DNA of 64,000 nucleotides from an uncultured Pseudomonadota bacterium (GCA_963843375.1 CAWJKT010000001.1:96001-160000), one strand, 5' to 3'. Shown: positions 20,949-31,266, counted from the stretch's first letter. Notes: a model not told the origin generated them from the letters alone. A program made the numbers and translations.

Positions 20949-21956
20949 ATGAGCGTTCAACATCACTTGATACAAGACCTTTATCGAGGGGTTTTTGTTT
21001 TGGCTTTGACTCTCTGGCCGATAAGGGTTTTTGCTTTGGATTTCAACCCCGACGCCTCGCGCGTGGTTTCAGATCCCGCCTACCTGCCCTTGGAAGCCCA
21101 GGTTTTTTGCACCACCGAATACAGTTACGGCAATACTAATTTGAACACCAACAATTACCTGGGCACCCCGCTAAGTTCCAATAACACGGTATCCTGCACC
21201 ATTTTCCAGATGCTGGAGTACGGCTTCACCCGGGATTTATCCCTTAGGGTCAACGGTTTTTTTCAACTGCTTGCGGGAACCAATACCACCGATTCCGGAG
21301 CGAGCACGCTCACCACCTCGGATGGATGGGGTGACCCGACTTTCGAAGCGGTTTGGCGCTTTCTGGACGAGAAGGAACATCCCTTAAGTTGGGATCTGAT
21401 CGGTTCCTGCGCCCCTAGCCTGATCAGCGCCCAATCGGCGACCCCCGACCTGAACGGAACGGTGGCCCGCGGGGGATCAACCGAGGCCCTAGGCACAGCG
21501 CTCAGTTTTAAAACAAAAAGTTTTACGATCTATGGGGAATTTAACGCCGTTTATTTGGATGACCGGAACGTCTTAAATCAGACGAACAACATCACCACCA
21601 CGTACGATTCCACTTGGCAGTATGACCTTTATTTCACCACCCAAACCCGGTTTATCGACTCCTTATCCCTCAACGCGGGCGTGTCCCAAACTTTCAACCA
21701 GGCCGCCAATGCCACTTTTACCAATGTCAATGGCGATCTCATCAACTTCGTCTACCAGCCCGGCAACATCACCACGCTGATCGCGGCACTGAATTACCAA
21801 GTGACCCCCAACCGGTTCGTGGCGTCGTTGATCTATTCTCATGACTTCTATGGAAACGGGGGCAACACCGACCAGACTTTTCCGAAAACCGATACCGCGA
21901 TCACCGACCGAAACGATGATATCTACAGCGCCGAAGTTCGATATGTTTTTAATTAA
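20949..21956 (+). CDS. Putative outer-membrane beta-barrel protein
   Basis: Signal peptide ending VFA, LEYGFTRDLSLRV, GWGDPTF and terminal strand AEVRYVFN. The start could be 20889. Confidence 0.6.
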   Translation: MSVQHHLIQDLYRGVFVLALTLWPIRVFALDFNPDASRVVSDPAYLPLEAQVFCTTEYSYGNTNLNTNNYLGTPLSSNNTVSCTIFQMLEYGFTRDLSLRVNGFFQLLAGTNTTDSGASTLTTSDGWGDPTFEAVWRFLDEKEHPLSWDLIGSCAPSLISAQSATPDLNGTVARGGSTEALGTALSFKTKSFTIYGEFNAVYLDDRNVLNQTNNITTTYDSTWQYDLYFTTQTRFIDSLSLNAGVSQTFNQAANATFTNVNGDLINFVYQPGNITTLIAALNYQVTPNRFVASLIYSHDFYGNGGNTDQTFPKTDTAITDRNDDIYSAEVRYVFN

Positions 21957-22036
21957 AAGAATCCTGAATAAGCATTCTGTTTAAAAAATTCAGGAAGGTC
22001 CTTGTTTTTTAAGTTTTAGGGAAAGCGAGTTCGCGT

Positions 22037-22861
22037 TTGATTCAAGAATTGAAAGATTTATTTTCAGGCCCTTATCCCGTCCGGACTCTCTTTTTGGGGT
22101 TCGTCCAAGCCTTGAGGATCGGAAGCTATAAAAAACTTCTGGATTCAGGCGTTTTGGCGCGGCCCTATTACGGTTACAGCGTCTATAAAGCGGCCCAGTT
22201 GGCCCAGCGGTTGGGGCTCAAAAGAATCAGCGTGATTGAGTTCGGAGTGGCAGGCGGCAATGGGCTCGTCAATTTGGAGTGGCACGCAAAGAAAATCTCC
22301 AAATTATTCGGCGTTGAAATCGAAATTTATGGTTTTGACAGCGGCGAGGGATTGCCCGCTCCCGCCGACTACAGGGATTTGCCCTACCACTGGAAAAAGG
22401 GTTCTTACAAAATGGACGTGCCGAAATTAAAATCGCGGTTAAAAAAGGCCCGGTTGGTTTTGGGCGATGTCTCCACAACGGTTAAAAGTTTTTTCGCGGA
22501 ATTTAATCCGGCCCCTATTGGCGCGATATCGTTTGATTTGGATTTTTATTCTTCCACGAAGATAGCGCTGCGAATCTTCGAGGCCGATGAAAAGTTTTAC
22601 TTGCCGAGGGTTTATTCCTATTTCGACGATACGATCGGGGAAGAGGAATTATTCAACGAATTCACCGGGGAAAGGCTCGCCATCCAAGAATTCAACCAAG
22701 AACACGAAACCATGAAATTGGGTTTCGTGAATCATTTTTTGGCAGAAGGGACGCCTAAATCCTGGTTTTATAAAATATGGGTTTGCCACATGTTCCGGCA
22801 CAGCCAATACAATGTTTATGTGGGAGAGGACCGGGTGGATCCCTTGGGGCTGCGGCTTTAA
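22037..22861 (+). CDS. TylF/MycF-like SAM-dependent O-methyltransferase homologue
   Basis: VIEFGVAGG, IYGFDSGEGLP, FDLDFYSST, YFDD and GERLAIQEF. Confidence 0.65.
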   Translation: MIQELKDLFSGPYPVRTLFLGFVQALRIGSYKKLLDSGVLARPYYGYSVYKAAQLAQRLGLKRISVIEFGVAGGNGLVNLEWHAKKISKLFGVEIEIYGFDSGEGLPAPADYRDLPYHWKKGSYKMDVPKLKSRLKKARLVLGDVSTTVKSFFAEFNPAPIGAISFDLDFYSSTKIALRIFEADEKFYLPRVYSYFDDTIGEEELFNEFTGERLAIQEFNQEHETMKLGFVNHFLAEGTPKSWFYKIWVCHMFRHSQYNVYVGEDRVDPLGLRL

Positions 22862-22872
22862 CGGGGTCCGGA

Positions 22873-23244
22873 TTAAACGATCTTGCAGGGGACCATTTCG
22901 TCCTCGTCGAAGGTATAAACAGCGCAGAGACGGTGATAACCGTCGGCGATGACCACCTTCCCGTTTTGCGGGTCCCGGACCAACAGGAGCGGCGAGAGAG
23001 CTTTCCCATCCTTTATTTTTTGCTGGTCCTTGGTGATGTGAGAGTTGCTGATGCCCAACAGCGACAGCCCCGAGGCCCGGAAGATGTCCTTGGCCTTGAA
23101 CTGGATCACTTTGGCGTCCCTGAGTTTCTTTACCAAGCCGATGGTTTCGGTCTCGGTATGCAGAAGGCCCAAATAGGATTGGGCCGCAGGATAGTCCTTG
23201 TCCTCTGGCTCGGGAAGCCATTTGATTTCCGGATTGTCGCTCAT
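22873..23244 (-). CDS. Small stand-alone ParB/Srx-like domain protein
   Basis: AGGAGG RBS, and LSPLLLVR...VVIADGYHRL matches the ParB-N DGxHR motif. Confidence 0.65.
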   Translation of the reverse strand: MSDNPEIKWLPEPEDKDYPAAQSYLGLLHTETETIGLVKKLRDAKVIQFKAKDIFRASGLSLLGISNSHITKDQQKIKDGKALSPLLLVRDPQNGKVVIADGYHRLCAVYTFDEDEMVPCKIV

Positions 23245-23283
23245 GTGTGTCCTCCTGAAAGTCGCCCCATTATGGCTCAAAAT

Positions 23284-24639
23284 TCAGGGAAAGGTTACAT
23301 CCGTCGGATTTGTGGAATTTGGGGTCGGGTCCATATTCTGCAAAATCTGGGCGTTGGTGGGGTTATTCCCCCCGTCCGGCGGCTGGCCGACGTTTGAATT
23401 GGCCTGATCCGCGTCGAAGGCGCCGGGATTATAGGGAGTTCCCTGGCTGTCGAACATATCAAAGGACCCGTCATTGAGTTTTAAAACAATCTCCAAGGGC
23501 CTGCCGTTTCCATTGTCGGAAAACTGGACACTTTGAACTCCCGAGGCTAGGTAAAGGGGATCAAAGGATGGCCGAGCGGCCGTATCGTACAAGAAGGCGT
23601 CCTGGCTGTCGGCTGATACCTTCACTTGACGGGTGCCATCCGGGCTGGTGTAAACCTGCTGGCCGCTTTCGTCCTGGGCGGTCACGATGATCTGGTCCTC
23701 CCCCGAGTTGCAGGGAATATAGTTGTCGTTGTTATAGCAGTATAAATCCCCCACGTGATAGGGGTCCTGCCACCACCAGAAGCCGTTATTCCAAAAGCAC
23801 CAGCGGTTAAAATCGGAGTCATACCACCACCAACGGCCCCCAAAGTTGCGGGTCCAAAAATATTGGTTTCCCACGTACCAGCCGTACCAGTTGTAGCCCG
23901 AATTGTCCCGATAGTGGCAAAAGTTGAAGCCCTCGTCCTTATGCCAATAGTAATGGCCCGCCTGGTTTTCACTGGCGTTCAATTGATTGGCGCGGGCCTG
24001 CCATTGGGGGCTGTCCCCGATGGCCATCTGATCGCGAACCACCCCGTCGTTAAAATTCCGGGGTGAAACCGGGGTGGCGTTAAGGGCCTCCTGGTCGGGC
24101 CCCTTAACGGGGAAAGTAATCGTGGAATGGGCCCGGTCGGTTTCCATCATTTCCGAACGGTCCGTAATGAGGCTGGGTTCGGATTGGACGCCCAGCTTTT
24201 GCAATTTCTGACGCACATAGCCCTGAGTATAGGGATGGTGATGAACCGCTACCGCCGCTTTCACTCCGGGCCTGGAATAAACCTGGACCCTTGGCCTGGG
24301 GGATTGGGAAGCCGATATAACACCCTCACCTGTAACCGGCGGGGCCGCGGAGGGGGACGGACGATTGTCGGTGGGATTATTCCAATGCAATTGACCGTAA
24401 GAGGGTTGACGGTTCGCCGGTGGTCTGTTGGTTTGGGATTGCTGGGAGGGAAAATGACGGTTGTGCCCGCCGCTGGTACCACTGCCCATATTGATAACCA
24501 CAGGCTGATGTACCATGATCGGCTGTTGTCGGCTGACCATCGGCAATCGTATCACGCCCCCGCTGTCCCGTCCCTCACTCCAAGCGTTGAATCCCGGGAG
24601 AAGTAAAAGCGCCCCGAATAAAACCAGCAATTTTTTCAT
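23284..24639 (-). CDS. Secreted hypothetical protein with Trp/Tyr-rich central repeat domain
   Basis: Signal MKKLLVLFGALLLLPGFNAWS, a disordered P/Q/S region, then aromatic WYGWY/WWWY/WCFW blocks. Confidence 0.7.
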   Translation of the reverse strand: MKKLLVLFGALLLLPGFNAWSEGRDSGGVIRLPMVSRQQPIMVHQPVVINMGSGTSGGHNRHFPSQQSQTNRPPANRQPSYGQLHWNNPTDNRPSPSAAPPVTGEGVISASQSPRPRVQVYSRPGVKAAVAVHHHPYTQGYVRQKLQKLGVQSEPSLITDRSEMMETDRAHSTITFPVKGPDQEALNATPVSPRNFNDGVVRDQMAIGDSPQWQARANQLNASENQAGHYYWHKDEGFNFCHYRDNSGYNWYGWYVGNQYFWTRNFGGRWWWYDSDFNRWCFWNNGFWWWQDPYHVGDLYCYNNDNYIPCNSGEDQIIVTAQDESGQQVYTSPDGTRQVKVSADSQDAFLYDTAARPSFDPLYLASGVQSVQFSDNGNGRPLEIVLKLNDGSFDMFDSQGTPYNPGAFDADQANSNVGQPPDGGNNPTNAQILQNMDPTPNSTNPTDVTFP

Positions 24640-24876
24640 GGTCATGTCTCTTTCAAGAAAAAGGAAATTGTTCCAGCGATTTAGCATTTAGACGCCGCTG
24701 GGGTACGGAACGGCACGTTTATTCAACCCCGGTACTACGCCCTGAGGAGCACCCCTTCCGATTGAGAATAATAAAAAAGGGTTGAGAACGTTATAATAAA
24801 AAGACTTCATTCCCGTACCCGGTCGAACGGAACCAGGGAAATCCTTTTTGGAACTAACTTAGCCAGGCAGGTTTGC

Positions 24877-27024
24877 TTGTTTTTATCCTCCCGCCCCTCC
24901 ATTCCATTCCTTCTTCCCGGCTTGGCCCTGGCTTTGGGAGCCCTGGCCCAAGTATCCATTGCCCTTTCGCCCCAGCCCCCCAGCCTCAAACTTTGGCTGC
25001 TTTATTTCGCTGCGGCCCTCCTGTTCGCCCAGACCCTCCCCTCTTCCACCCCCGCTCCCCCGCTTTCCGGGAGAAATGAGCGGGTTCTTTTCATATTCTT
25101 GATGGCCTTGGCGACTTTTTACCGGATATACCGGCTTGGGTCCCTTCCCCCGGGTCTCTTCGTGGACCAAGGTTTCGAGGGCTGGTCGGCCATGCGCATC
25201 CTCCACGAGGGTTACCGGCCCTGGTGGGAATATGACGTCTTCCAGAACCCGGCCCTACTGCTATACCAATTGGCGGGGTGGTTCTATTTTGTTCCAGCGG
25301 GGCGATTCACCTTTCTGCTTTTCTTCGCCCTTTTATCCCTCGCGACCCTGCCCTTGGTTTATGGGACTTTCCGCCAACTGGCCGGGCCCCGGACCGCCCT
25401 TTGCGCCCTTTTTTTCCTGTCGGTGATGCGCTGGAACGTGAACTTCAGCCGCAACGGATTCCCGACTTTGCAGGTTCCTTTCTATATCTTCGGCACACTG
25501 GCCTTCCTTCTTCTGGGCTTAAGGACGGGCAAGCGCTGGGCCTTTATCCTCGCCGCTTGTTTTTTCGGCATTGGTTTTTACACTTACCAGTCCTACCAGG
25601 CTTTTCCCTTTTGGCTTTTGTTTTTGGGCTTTTACGGCGTCCTCCGGTACCATCGGCTGCTCCAACAGTATTGGAAGCACCTGCTGGGGTTCCTTGCCCT
25701 TGGAAGCCTTCTGTTGCTCCCCTTCCTTTGGCACAGTCTGGCCCTGCGAGGTCTCGGCTCCCGTGAAGCCGAAGTTTCCATCTTGTCGAGGGTCAAACAG
25801 GCGGGGAACTGGTCGCCCCTTTGGGAAAACCTCGGCAAAACGGCCATGATGTTCCATTGGCGAGGGGATGTCTTTTCCCGGCACAACCTGCCCCTGCACC
25901 GGATGCTGGACGATGGCACGGGAATCCTTTTTCTCTTTGGGGCCGTCATGGCTTTGTGGACGCCCTGGAGGAAGGTTTCCTTTTTCGCCCTGACGGGTTT
26001 TTTCGCCATGAGCCTGCCCGGAGTGCTTTCTATCAACCCCGCTCACGCCAACCGCTTGCTGGGCTTGACTCCACTGGTGGCCCTCCTGGCGGCCTTGCCC
26101 ACCTGCGCCCTTTGGGAAAGGATCGAGGGAGCGGAAGGCCGGGGCCGGAAATTTTTACTTTTCACGGCTGCGGCACTGGCGCTCACCGTCATCGGCTGGC
26201 AAAATTTCGACCTTTATTTCCATCGCCAAGCCGCCGACACGGATACCTTCGATCAATACGAATCCCATGAAACTTTCGTGGGACAAAAAACGGCGCAATA
26301 TGGCGAGGACTACGACCTCTATTTCTCACCCTACTACGACATGATCTATACCCTTCGATTCCTCAGTTATTACCAACGCGACCATTTCCACTTATTGAAG
26401 GTGCCCGAGGACTTGGCCTGCCTGGCGGGGCAGGGAAATAGGGGAAAAGGTTTTTTTCTCGAACCGGATCGGGAGGGACTTTACGCGCTCCTCAAAAGCC
26501 TTTACCCGGGGGGGCGGGTGGAGAATTTTCTAAACCCGAAGGGCGAGTTGGCCATGCGCCTTTACCTGGTGTCACCTGAGGAATTGGCTTCCAAAAGGGG
26601 CCTGTCCCTGCGCCGGCTGGTTCCCCGAGGACTGAAGGGCTTCTACTATGACGACCCAACTGGACTTGGTCCCCCGGCCCTGGTCCATGCAGACCCGCTT
26701 CTGAATTTTTCCAATGAGGGGAGTTTTCCCTCCAAGAGCCCCTTGATCCGGTGGGAGGGGACCCTGAAAGCCCCCCGAACGGGCACCTACGCCTTTTGGT
26801 TAAGTACTTGGAGTGAAGCCACCCTCTTCCTGGATGGGAAAATACGATGCGACGCGGAAAAAGAGGAAGCCACTTGCTTCCTCGCCGCGGGCGTCCATTC
26901 CATCCGGGTAGTTTTCCGGCACCCGGAAATCAGTGAAGCTTGGTGCTTGAACTTATATTGGTGGAAACCCGGCGCCCCGCGGGAAGAAATCATCCCCAAT
27001 GGGGCTTTTGGGGTCCTGCCGTAA
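24877..27024 (+). CDS. GT-C membrane glycosyltransferase (PMT/ArnT, GT39/83-like) with C-terminal PA14 domain
   Basis: Multi-TM, with RIYRLGSLPPGLFVDQG, WNVNFSR and GIGFYTY. PA14 signature GLKGFYY...IRWEGTLKAPRTGTYAF...LFLDG...G.HSIRV...LYWWKPG...EIIP. Start uncertain. Confidence 0.8.
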   Translation: MFLSSRPSIPFLLPGLALALGALAQVSIALSPQPPSLKLWLLYFAAALLFAQTLPSSTPAPPLSGRNERVLFIFLMALATFYRIYRLGSLPPGLFVDQGFEGWSAMRILHEGYRPWWEYDVFQNPALLLYQLAGWFYFVPAGRFTFLLFFALLSLATLPLVYGTFRQLAGPRTALCALFFLSVMRWNVNFSRNGFPTLQVPFYIFGTLAFLLLGLRTGKRWAFILAACFFGIGFYTYQSYQAFPFWLLFLGFYGVLRYHRLLQQYWKHLLGFLALGSLLLLPFLWHSLALRGLGSREAEVSILSRVKQAGNWSPLWENLGKTAMMFHWRGDVFSRHNLPLHRMLDDGTGILFLFGAVMALWTPWRKVSFFALTGFFAMSLPGVLSINPAHANRLLGLTPLVALLAALPTCALWERIEGAEGRGRKFLLFTAAALALTVIGWQNFDLYFHRQAADTDTFDQYESHETFVGQKTAQYGEDYDLYFSPYYDMIYTLRFLSYYQRDHFHLLKVPEDLACLAGQGNRGKGFFLEPDREGLYALLKSLYPGGRVENFLNPKGELAMRLYLVSPEELASKRGLSLRRLVPRGLKGFYYDDPTGLGPPALVHADPLLNFSNEGSFPSKSPLIRWEGTLKAPRTGTYAFWLSTWSEATLFLDGKIRCDAEKEEATCFLAAGVHSIRVVFRHPEISEAWCLNLYWWKPGAPREEIIPNGAFGVLP

Positions 27025-27079
27025 AAACCGGGCGATTCGGGGGGATGAAAATCGAAGGGGTACGAACCTTCGCTTTCGG

Positions 27080-27691
27080 TCATTTATCCGCCGGCTCCAG
27101 CTTGACCGTCCCGTCGGGAAGGCGGCGGGGCACCATGATTTGATAGTCCTCCACCCAAGAAAAGTGAAACAGCCCCTGGCGAAGGGTGAGTTGCACCAGG
27201 CTGCCATTATCGACGGAATAATAAAAATCCTGGGGCGTCAGCAATTCGGCGTTTTCGCCGCTTTCGTCCCAGTCATGGAAATAAATCATATGGGCCATGG
27301 GATTGATCCCCTCCTTGATGCTTCCGCCAAAGCGGGAGATTTTTTTATCCGTGACCACGATGACGCGGGTTTCGGGATCGGAGAAATCAAGCAAACCATT
27401 GGCCAATTGAAGGCTGAATCGGAGAAAAAAGCCCAGCAAGCAGCTGAAAAATAAAAAGAAAAACGCCACCACGAAAAAAGGAATCTGTTCCTTCAAGGCG
27501 CTCCTGATCAATTTCCGAAAGATCCAATAACAAAGGAGGATCGCGAATATTGCGCAAAACCAGTCCACCTTGAGAAAATCCGTATGCCGAACGAGCCGGA
27601 AATAAATGCCGCAAAGGAAATATTCCCCGATCACCAGGGCGATAAAAAGGGCGAATAATTCTAAAAGGAAGTAAAAACGGCTGATTTGCAT
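27080..27691 (-). CDS. Hypothetical membrane protein (3 TM plus soluble domain)
   Basis: Three hydrophobic helices, then NGLLDFS...VTDK...QGLFHFSW. Confidence 0.6.
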   Translation of the reverse strand: MQISRFYFLLELFALFIALVIGEYFLCGIYFRLVRHTDFLKVDWFCAIFAILLCYWIFRKLIRSALKEQIPFFVVAFFFLFFSCLLGFFLRFSLQLANGLLDFSDPETRVIVVTDKKISRFGGSIKEGINPMAHMIYFHDWDESGENAELLTPQDFYYSVDNGSLVQLTLRQGLFHFSWVEDYQIMVPRRLPDGTVKLEPADK

Positions 27692-27931
27692 GGGGTGAAA
27701 CTCCCTTCCTTTCGAATTGGATCGCTGTGGAAAAAGAAGTCCGATCCTCATTATCTCTATTGACCTGGATAAAATGAAACCAACTTGGTTTGTTCGATAA
27801 ACCCATTTGGGCCGAAAAAACTCGATCTCGTAAAAGCCCGGAATCCGAGCGGGGATTCATGTTATTATTATGAAATCTATGATATTGAAGCCCAGGGGTG
27901 AACCCCTGGTTATTGATTGGACGATCCTATA

Positions 27932-30328
27932 ATGGAAAACTTTCTTATCTTTGGCGCTGTAAAATCTATCACCCATTCCTTTTTCCAGCCCCCCCCATTC
28001 CGCCGGGCCTTTTTATCCTTTTTGTTTTGTTCCTTCCTGATAGGAGGGGTGAACTTAGTTAACCCCGATGCCGCTCTTCCTTGCACTTTAACCAGCGCCA
28101 CCCTGAGTTGGGCCTCGGATGACGCGGGTGAAATTTTCATCAACGGCAATCAAGCCAACGTCTGCGGGGACGGCTGCTGGGTGGGCTTTAACAACATTTC
28201 CATTCCCTTGGCTTGGATCAATACCACGGGGGATAACGTGCTGGCGGCTTATACCTATTCGGTGGACACCGTTTTTAGCGGCACCACCTGGCTGCTCACC
28301 TTGGCTTATTCCGATTGCTCCAATACCTATGTTCAATCGGGCGATCCCTGCGTTCTGGACCAGTATTTGTACGATCCCAACTACGCCACGGGCTTGCCCG
28401 CCGCCGGCTCGTTCCCAGCCAACTGGACCATGACTTCCTTTAATGACTCCAGCTGGTCGGCTCCCCAAACGGTGGGTCCCGTTCCGGCGGTGTACCCGGA
28501 AGACGAAACGATCCCCAATCCTCTCGGAGGAGGTGTGGACTGGATTTGGGGCGCCTCGAATTGGATGACCGTCACCGATGGAGATGCGTACATGTACATC
28601 GAGCACTTTCAGGTGGGGGCATCAACCTGTCTCCCTTTCACCCCCACCCCCACTCCTTCAATGGTTTCCTCTTTCGGTTGTTTTGCCCAAAGCGGAGATG
28701 GGGGAGACGCGATCATTTCGGATGTCGGCGGCTACGCTGTCACCCCCCCCGCGTCCGCGGTCGTCGTAGAGGATGTGACCTCGGCCGCGCCCATGGATTG
28801 GCCGTTCTCATGCGGCGGCCAATGGATATCGGACAACATCAATGCCTTTGCCCTTTCATCGACACCCGCGACCATGGTGTTTCAACGAACCTTTTCCATC
28901 AGTTCCGCCATTATCAGCAGCGGTTCCTTTTCCGTATCCTTTGGCGCGGACGATTCAGCCTACTATGTTTTATCCAACAGCCTCAATCCCGCAGGAGTCA
29001 CCATCGCCTCTTCCATCCTCGATAAAAATTGCCAGGGACAGGCTTTTACCGGAAGCCTTTTGACCAGTTCGGGCCCCAACACATTGACCAGTTATTTGAT
29101 CAACACCACCAGCATATCCACCGGTGTTGGTTCCAATTACGGGTTTACCGGTCTTTATTATGAGCTTTGCGTTGCGGGAAACACGCCGACCCCAACCTCC
29201 ACCCCAACCTTTACTCCCACTCCCACCCCCGTGCCCACCTGCGTGCAATTCACGGACACCTACGGAAGTTCTTCAAGCTTGAGTAATTACAGCTATTACG
29301 ACGGGAGCTGGAACCCCTCCACGGCAGCGGGACTTTATTACAGTGTTGTGCCCTTTTATTTGGAACAAAACCCTGTGGGCACCACGGGTTATTCGTACCT
29401 GACGGTTAACAGCCCGGAGTTCCCAACGACCCTCTCCAGTTACACAGTGGAAGGGGACTTCATGCTGGGCACAGGAGGCCAGGGAGTCTTCGGGTTGGTG
29501 TTTCTTGCCAACGGCACCGGGAAAGAAGGCTATATCTTCCAATGGAACGGTCTCAACAACCGGTGGGAGATCGAGAAACAAGTGGGACCAGCCAGCTATT
29601 ACTACCCTGGATGCAACGCCATAGACCCTTATACTTTGGGAACCTGGGTGCATTTGGAGGTGGTGGTGAACGGGGATTCCTTCAGCGGATACGAAACCCC
29701 CGAAACGGCTCCCGGCGTGGGGCTGGGCACGACGGTACAAATTTTCAATGACGTTACGGACACCGTCGCCTGTCCCGGGACCAGCGGCTTGACGGCGCCT
29801 TACGCATCCGGTTCCCCCGGTATTCGCACCTACAATGTGGTCTCGGGGAATACCATTGATATCGCCAACTTCACCGCCTTTACCTGTCTGCTGTCGACGA
29901 CTCCCACTCCCACCAATAGCCCGACCAATACGCCCACTTTTTCCCCCACCAAAAGCCCCACCCCCACGGCGACCTTCACGATCACTTTTTCCCCCACAGT
30001 CACCCCGACTTTCACCCCCACCCTCACCATCACTCCCGTACCCACCTCAACCTCGACTTGCGTGATTAATGTTTGGCCCAACCCTTACAGTCTCCAATGG
30101 GCCATTGATCACGCCCTGAGGATCAGCTGCCTACCCCCGGGGGCGGAAGTTTATATCTATGACGTCTCGGGCGAATTGGTGAATAATTTCGGACCATCGG
30201 GGGACCCCACCGAGTGGTCCTGGGCGAAAAACCTGAGGGGACAATCCGTGTCGCCGGGGATTTACTTTTACGTGATCAAAAACGGCCAAACCGTCCTGCA
30301 AAAAGGAAAGTTTTTAATAACCCCTTGA
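27932..30328 (+). CDS. Secreted multidomain lectin-like protein with TPT linkers and T9SS type-A-like C-terminal domain
   Basis: Long signal region. Two beta-sandwich domains with a DD motif (WASDDAGEIFING, FGADDSAYY) and a ConA/LamG-like domain (YTVEGDF...GLVF...WVHLEVVVNG), separated by T-x-T linkers. C-terminus VWPNP...IYDVSGELV...PGIYFYVI...KGKFLI. Start uncertain (27917 or 27932). Confidence 0.75.
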   Translation: MENFLIFGAVKSITHSFFQPPPFRRAFLSFLFCSFLIGGVNLVNPDAALPCTLTSATLSWASDDAGEIFINGNQANVCGDGCWVGFNNISIPLAWINTTGDNVLAAYTYSVDTVFSGTTWLLTLAYSDCSNTYVQSGDPCVLDQYLYDPNYATGLPAAGSFPANWTMTSFNDSSWSAPQTVGPVPAVYPEDETIPNPLGGGVDWIWGASNWMTVTDGDAYMYIEHFQVGASTCLPFTPTPTPSMVSSFGCFAQSGDGGDAIISDVGGYAVTPPASAVVVEDVTSAAPMDWPFSCGGQWISDNINAFALSSTPATMVFQRTFSISSAIISSGSFSVSFGADDSAYYVLSNSLNPAGVTIASSILDKNCQGQAFTGSLLTSSGPNTLTSYLINTTSISTGVGSNYGFTGLYYELCVAGNTPTPTSTPTFTPTPTPVPTCVQFTDTYGSSSSLSNYSYYDGSWNPSTAAGLYYSVVPFYLEQNPVGTTGYSYLTVNSPEFPTTLSSYTVEGDFMLGTGGQGVFGLVFLANGTGKEGYIFQWNGLNNRWEIEKQVGPASYYYPGCNAIDPYTLGTWVHLEVVVNGDSFSGYETPETAPGVGLGTTVQIFNDVTDTVACPGTSGLTAPYASGSPGIRTYNVVSGNTIDIANFTAFTCLLSTTPTPTNSPTNTPTFSPTKSPTPTATFTITFSPTVTPTFTPTLTITPVPTSTSTCVINVWPNPYSLQWAIDHALRISCLPPGAEVYIYDVSGELVNNFGPSGDPTEWSWAKNLRGQSVSPGIYFYVIKNGQTVLQKGKFLITP

Positions 30329-30560
30329 GGGCCCGAGGCGGGCCGCTCTTTCCGCCTATAGCCCGCCCCCTATTCCCCTTCGTTTTTTTAGACAAAAAAC
30401 CACTCCGACGGATCAATCCTATGAAAAGAAATATTTTCATTGGGATGGTTACATTTTGTTACAAAAAAGTGCAAAATCGGAAATCATTCAAGGGCAACCT
30501 TCGTGTATCTTGAGGGGCTTAAGAGAAGGGTTATAACGAATTTTCTTTGCGAGGATAAAA

Positions 30561-31266
30561 ATGTCCGACATCGTCTCCATTCAGAACGTCTTTAAGGAAT
30601 ATCCCCTCGACAAGGTGGTGGTTCCGGCCTTGCAGGGCGTGAGCCTTTCGGTGACCCCGGGCGATTTCCTTTCCATCGTGGGGCCCTCGGGTTCCGGCAA
30701 GACCACCCTTTTGAACCTGATCGGTTGCGTGGACGTGGCTACCTCCGGCACTGTCTTGATCGATGGCCACGACACCAAGAGCCTTAACGACCGGCAGTTG
30801 ACTGACCTAAGCGCTTCATACCCTGGGATTCATCTTCCAGAGCTTCAACCTGGTGCCGGTGCTTTCGGTGTTCCAAAACGTGGAATTTCCCCTGCTTCTA
30901 CAGCGCAAGTACACGAAGGGCGAGAGGGCCCAAAGGGTGGACTCGCTTCTTTCCAAGGTGGGGCTGGACAAGCACACCAAGCACCGTCCCAGCGAACTTT
31001 CCGGCGGCCAGCGCCAAAGGGTGGCCATCGCCCGAGCCCTGGTGACCCGCCCCAAGATCGTTCTGGCGGACGAGCCCACCGCCAACCTGGATTCGGTGAC
31101 CGGAGAAAACATCATCGATCTGATGAAAGAAATGAACCAGCAGGAAAAGACCACCTTCATTTTTTCAACCCACGACGCAAAGGTCATGTCCCACGCTAAT
31201 TCGGTGATCAGGTTGGCGGACGGAAAGATATTGGACGGCCAGACGACCGCGGCCGGGAGCCACTAA
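30561..31266 (+). CDS. ABC transporter ATP-binding protein, LolD/MacB type (frameshift near 30810)
   Basis: GPSGSGKTT, FIFQSFNL, LSGGQRQRVAIARAL, VLADEPTANLD and STHD. Confidence 0.92.

Noticed and set aside
22873..23244. ParB-like gene as part of a partition or defence system
   Set aside because: No parA, parS-like palindrome, nuclease or DNA-modification partner is nearby. It is only a small stand-alone domain.
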